From contig JAYWIR010000034.1 of assembly GCA_036172245.1 (NCBI GenBank), forward strand, positions 1,116,001 to 1,180,000: a stretch of DNA of 64,000 bases, written 5' to 3'. A model generated the notes under the pieces. That model did not search any database, was not told where the DNA came from, and saw only the letters and a program-made list of their open reading frames with translations. Positions 61,501 through 64,000 of the stretch are shown here, one piece after another. Within the stretch, counting starts at the first letter, position 1. The number at the start of each line of letters is the position of its first letter. The position numbers and the translations under genes were made by a program. Source of the stretch: Raillietiella orientalis. Taxonomy: Eukaryota.

Positions 61501-63240
61501 TTGCATTTTTAATTTTCGCGGCACTTCTTCCGGGGGCAAATTTCGAGTTAGCAAGAGCTTGCAAGGACTTCGGATAGCCGATGTTCCGGCGCAAGCGAAA
61601 CGGATCAGAGGATGTTCTGTTCCCAGAAGGCTTCTGCGGATCTCCGAGCGCCACACCGTTTTTCCGCTTTACGAACTCAGCTGCGACGAGTCCTCCGGTC
61701 TGTCCCGACTTCCCTTCTGGTCGGAGACTAGAGGCGAATCATAGAAACAAAAAGACTAGAGGCTCGTGATGAATCCACGTGTTGAATGTCACCTCCAAAA
61801 TGTCTATCACAAAACCTGCGGGCGCTAAATCGTTGGATCCTCTGTCGCGGAGCCAAGCGCGGCATTTCGCGTGAGTCCGGTCTGGCCGATTGCTAGGTTT
61901 CGCCTAGGTCTTCGTCCCGATTTGTGATCAGCGGAGAGGGAAGAGAGCGGGCCGTGCCCTGGAAATCCAGCGGGGTGGCGACGGAAGCTGGAAACACAAC
62001 AAAGGATAATCTCGAGAGGCCAAACACATGCAAGGGTAATCTCGCCAACCAACGATGAAAACCGTTATCCTCTCACCGCCTCCATATTGAACACCTCCGT
62101 CACGACCTCCGACATTGCTTTCCACTGCTCTCTCGCCTTTTCCTCTTTTCCGGTATCAGCGTGCAAGAATGTCCTGAGTCTAGAGTGCGCTTCAAGAAAC
62201 ATTAGTCCTTTGTTATTTTATCTACCCCGTGCTTGCTTCATCTTCCTTGCGTTCATTCACTGATCCTGCCAATGGAAGAAGCCACGTTCCGAGGAAAAAG
62301 TATCAACAGACTCCGTTCGTGCACAGGGATGATGCTGGCGTAGGACCACTCGTAGGAGAATTCAGATTCTCGGCAGAATGCACAAATTGGGGACTGTCGA
62401 CACACGGATGTCCGTGAGATCACAGTAATGTATGTCCAGCTGGAAAGGAGGTGTCTGCGAGATGACTGAAGAGATGTGGGAAAGGAGGAACGTGAAGAGA
62501 AGATAGAGAGAGATCGTAGGAAACATCAAAACGGATCGTCGTAGAAACAGGCGGAGCAGGAAAAGTCTTTCACAAAGGCAGCGGATGGTGCTTGGAGACA
62601 ATGCTGAGTGTCCTGGAGAGAATGGACTCTCATGGAGCTCCTGAGCTCACTCTAGGGAATCATAAAGGCAAGATTGATGGCAGAGCTACCGAGATGTGTG
62701 ATGGACAGGCAAGTGGGGGGATAGTCGGAAAGAAGAATGAAGAAGAACTCGCTAGAATCAACACTCCAGCTGACGCGAACTCAGAAGGGGAGCTTCCTAA
62801 GCATGGAACTTTGCAAGGAAGCAAAGGGAGATGGAGACAGAAAACCCTTTTTGCTTCTTTTGATTTTCACGTTTGCTCCTGTGAGTCTCAATCACTCTAC
62901 TGCTAGCCCGCGTTGGAGGCTGTGTATCCACGGTCTCCGCGCGTGGTACCAAACGTTGAGGGCTCCAATCCCACTCGGGGAAGGATCGATGCTGAGAAAT
63001 AAGTGCATCGTGCATTTTCGAGTCTTCCACTCCCTCCCCCCGGCAAGATGACGCTGGTTAGCCTATTCGGGTGCGACACTGGTGGAAGCCAGAAACTGGA
63101 TGCGCCGGTGACTGACCGGGATTGAATGTTAACCCTCCGGGATCTTTCCAGGAATCAAGGAACCGGTTTCCTCAGGATTGTGAGAATGAAACCGTTCGTC
63201 CCCTCAGAAAGGAACACTCCGTCAGGTTCCATGAGCTGGT

Positions 63241-63560
63241 CGTTACTTCCCTCGGAGGTTGCCTCTCCAGAGTGTAAGAGCACTGCTCTTTTAGAGGAGC
63301 GCCCTCCAGAGAAATTGGGAAGCGTCCATTGGGGGTTCCCTTCACAGCAGTAAACAAGGAGCGGTTCCCTTTCCAGGAGTCCCTCCGGGTAGAATAAGGA
63401 AGAGGGTTCCTTCAGAATTCCCTCCAGAGACAACCAGGGCGAAGGTTCCTTCCAGGGTTCCCTTTCATGCGTAAGAGGAACTGCTCCTTCTTCTATTAGG
63501 AGCTTTCTTAGATTCATAGGGTGTTCCTTCCAGGGTGGCCTTTCAACTTGAAGAATTACA
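63241..63560. repeat. Degenerate ~40-bp minisatellite (about 8 units), probably the same family as 14641-14840
   Basis: Units at 63321, 63361, 63401 and 63441 share ggttcc(c)ttcc...ttccct(c/t). gaataaggaa and gcgt(a/g)agaggaa occur in both this array and the 14.7-kb array. Confidence 0.65.
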
Positions 63561-64000
63561 CACACCCTCGGGTGGCATGGACGGTGTTCAAGAGCTTCGT
63601 GAGTCTCTCCTAAGGAGGAGAACGGTTCTTGAATACTTAGAGAACCAAAAAAAAAGAAAACCCTATTGCTAATAAGGTCGACGAAAAAGTGGCTGGAGTT
63701 TGGCCGTCGCAGAAAGAGAGCATAGAATGGTAGGAACTGCCGGACGCTTAAGATTTTTCCACTGCTCCCCTTGTAGGGGAAAGAGACTTTTTGTTTCTTC
63801 CCCAACAGTGGAATCAGCAGATTTTCTCTGAGCATGTGATCCCTCCCAGGCTCTGCCTTTGTTTCGATCCGCTGGATTCGCTCATCTCTTTCTTGACAGC
63901 TCTTCTTCGTGAGTTATGGGATCAGCATCGCTTTCATCAGCTGTTAACCACAGAGAATGATCATTGAGGTGTCGACACACGCCCTCTTCACTGACGTAAC

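Noticed and set aside
63155..63835. 226-aa minus-strand ORF
   Set aside because: It largely reads through the reverse of the 40-bp repeat (recurring EP/KEP/LEG); no domain recognised.

Overview
Eukaryotic nuclear DNA from an invertebrate animal (protostome-like protein sequences; exact taxon not determinable here), not a prokaryotic region: no operons, CRISPR array, or recognisable tRNA/rRNA gene. Four genes could be identified by reading splice sites by hand. (1) The first coding exon of p190RhoGAP (minus, 5590-5757); the rest presumably lies left of the window. (2) WDR81, a BEACH/WD40 protein (plus, 17 confident exons at 26719-33868, tentative 5' exons from about 19.6 kb). (3) NDUFB6 (minus, 3 exons, 179 aa), whose stop codon is only 40 nt from the WDR81 stop. 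(4) DNAJC7/TPR2 (minus, 11 exons, 491 aa). Twenty introns are 39-57 nt with weak splice signals. The middle of the window is very AT-rich and CpG-poor; 50-64 kb is GC/CpG-richer and has no identifiable gene, only two candidate orphan exons. A degenerate ~40-bp minisatellite occurs at 14.7 kb and 63.4 kb. I found no convincing new biological system. The best leads are regulatory oddities: the forced 3' overlap of WDR81 and NDUFB6, a tandem acceptor with stop-creating alternatives in WDR81, and stacked uORFs on p190RhoGAP. Family assignments come from recalled motifs, not database searches.
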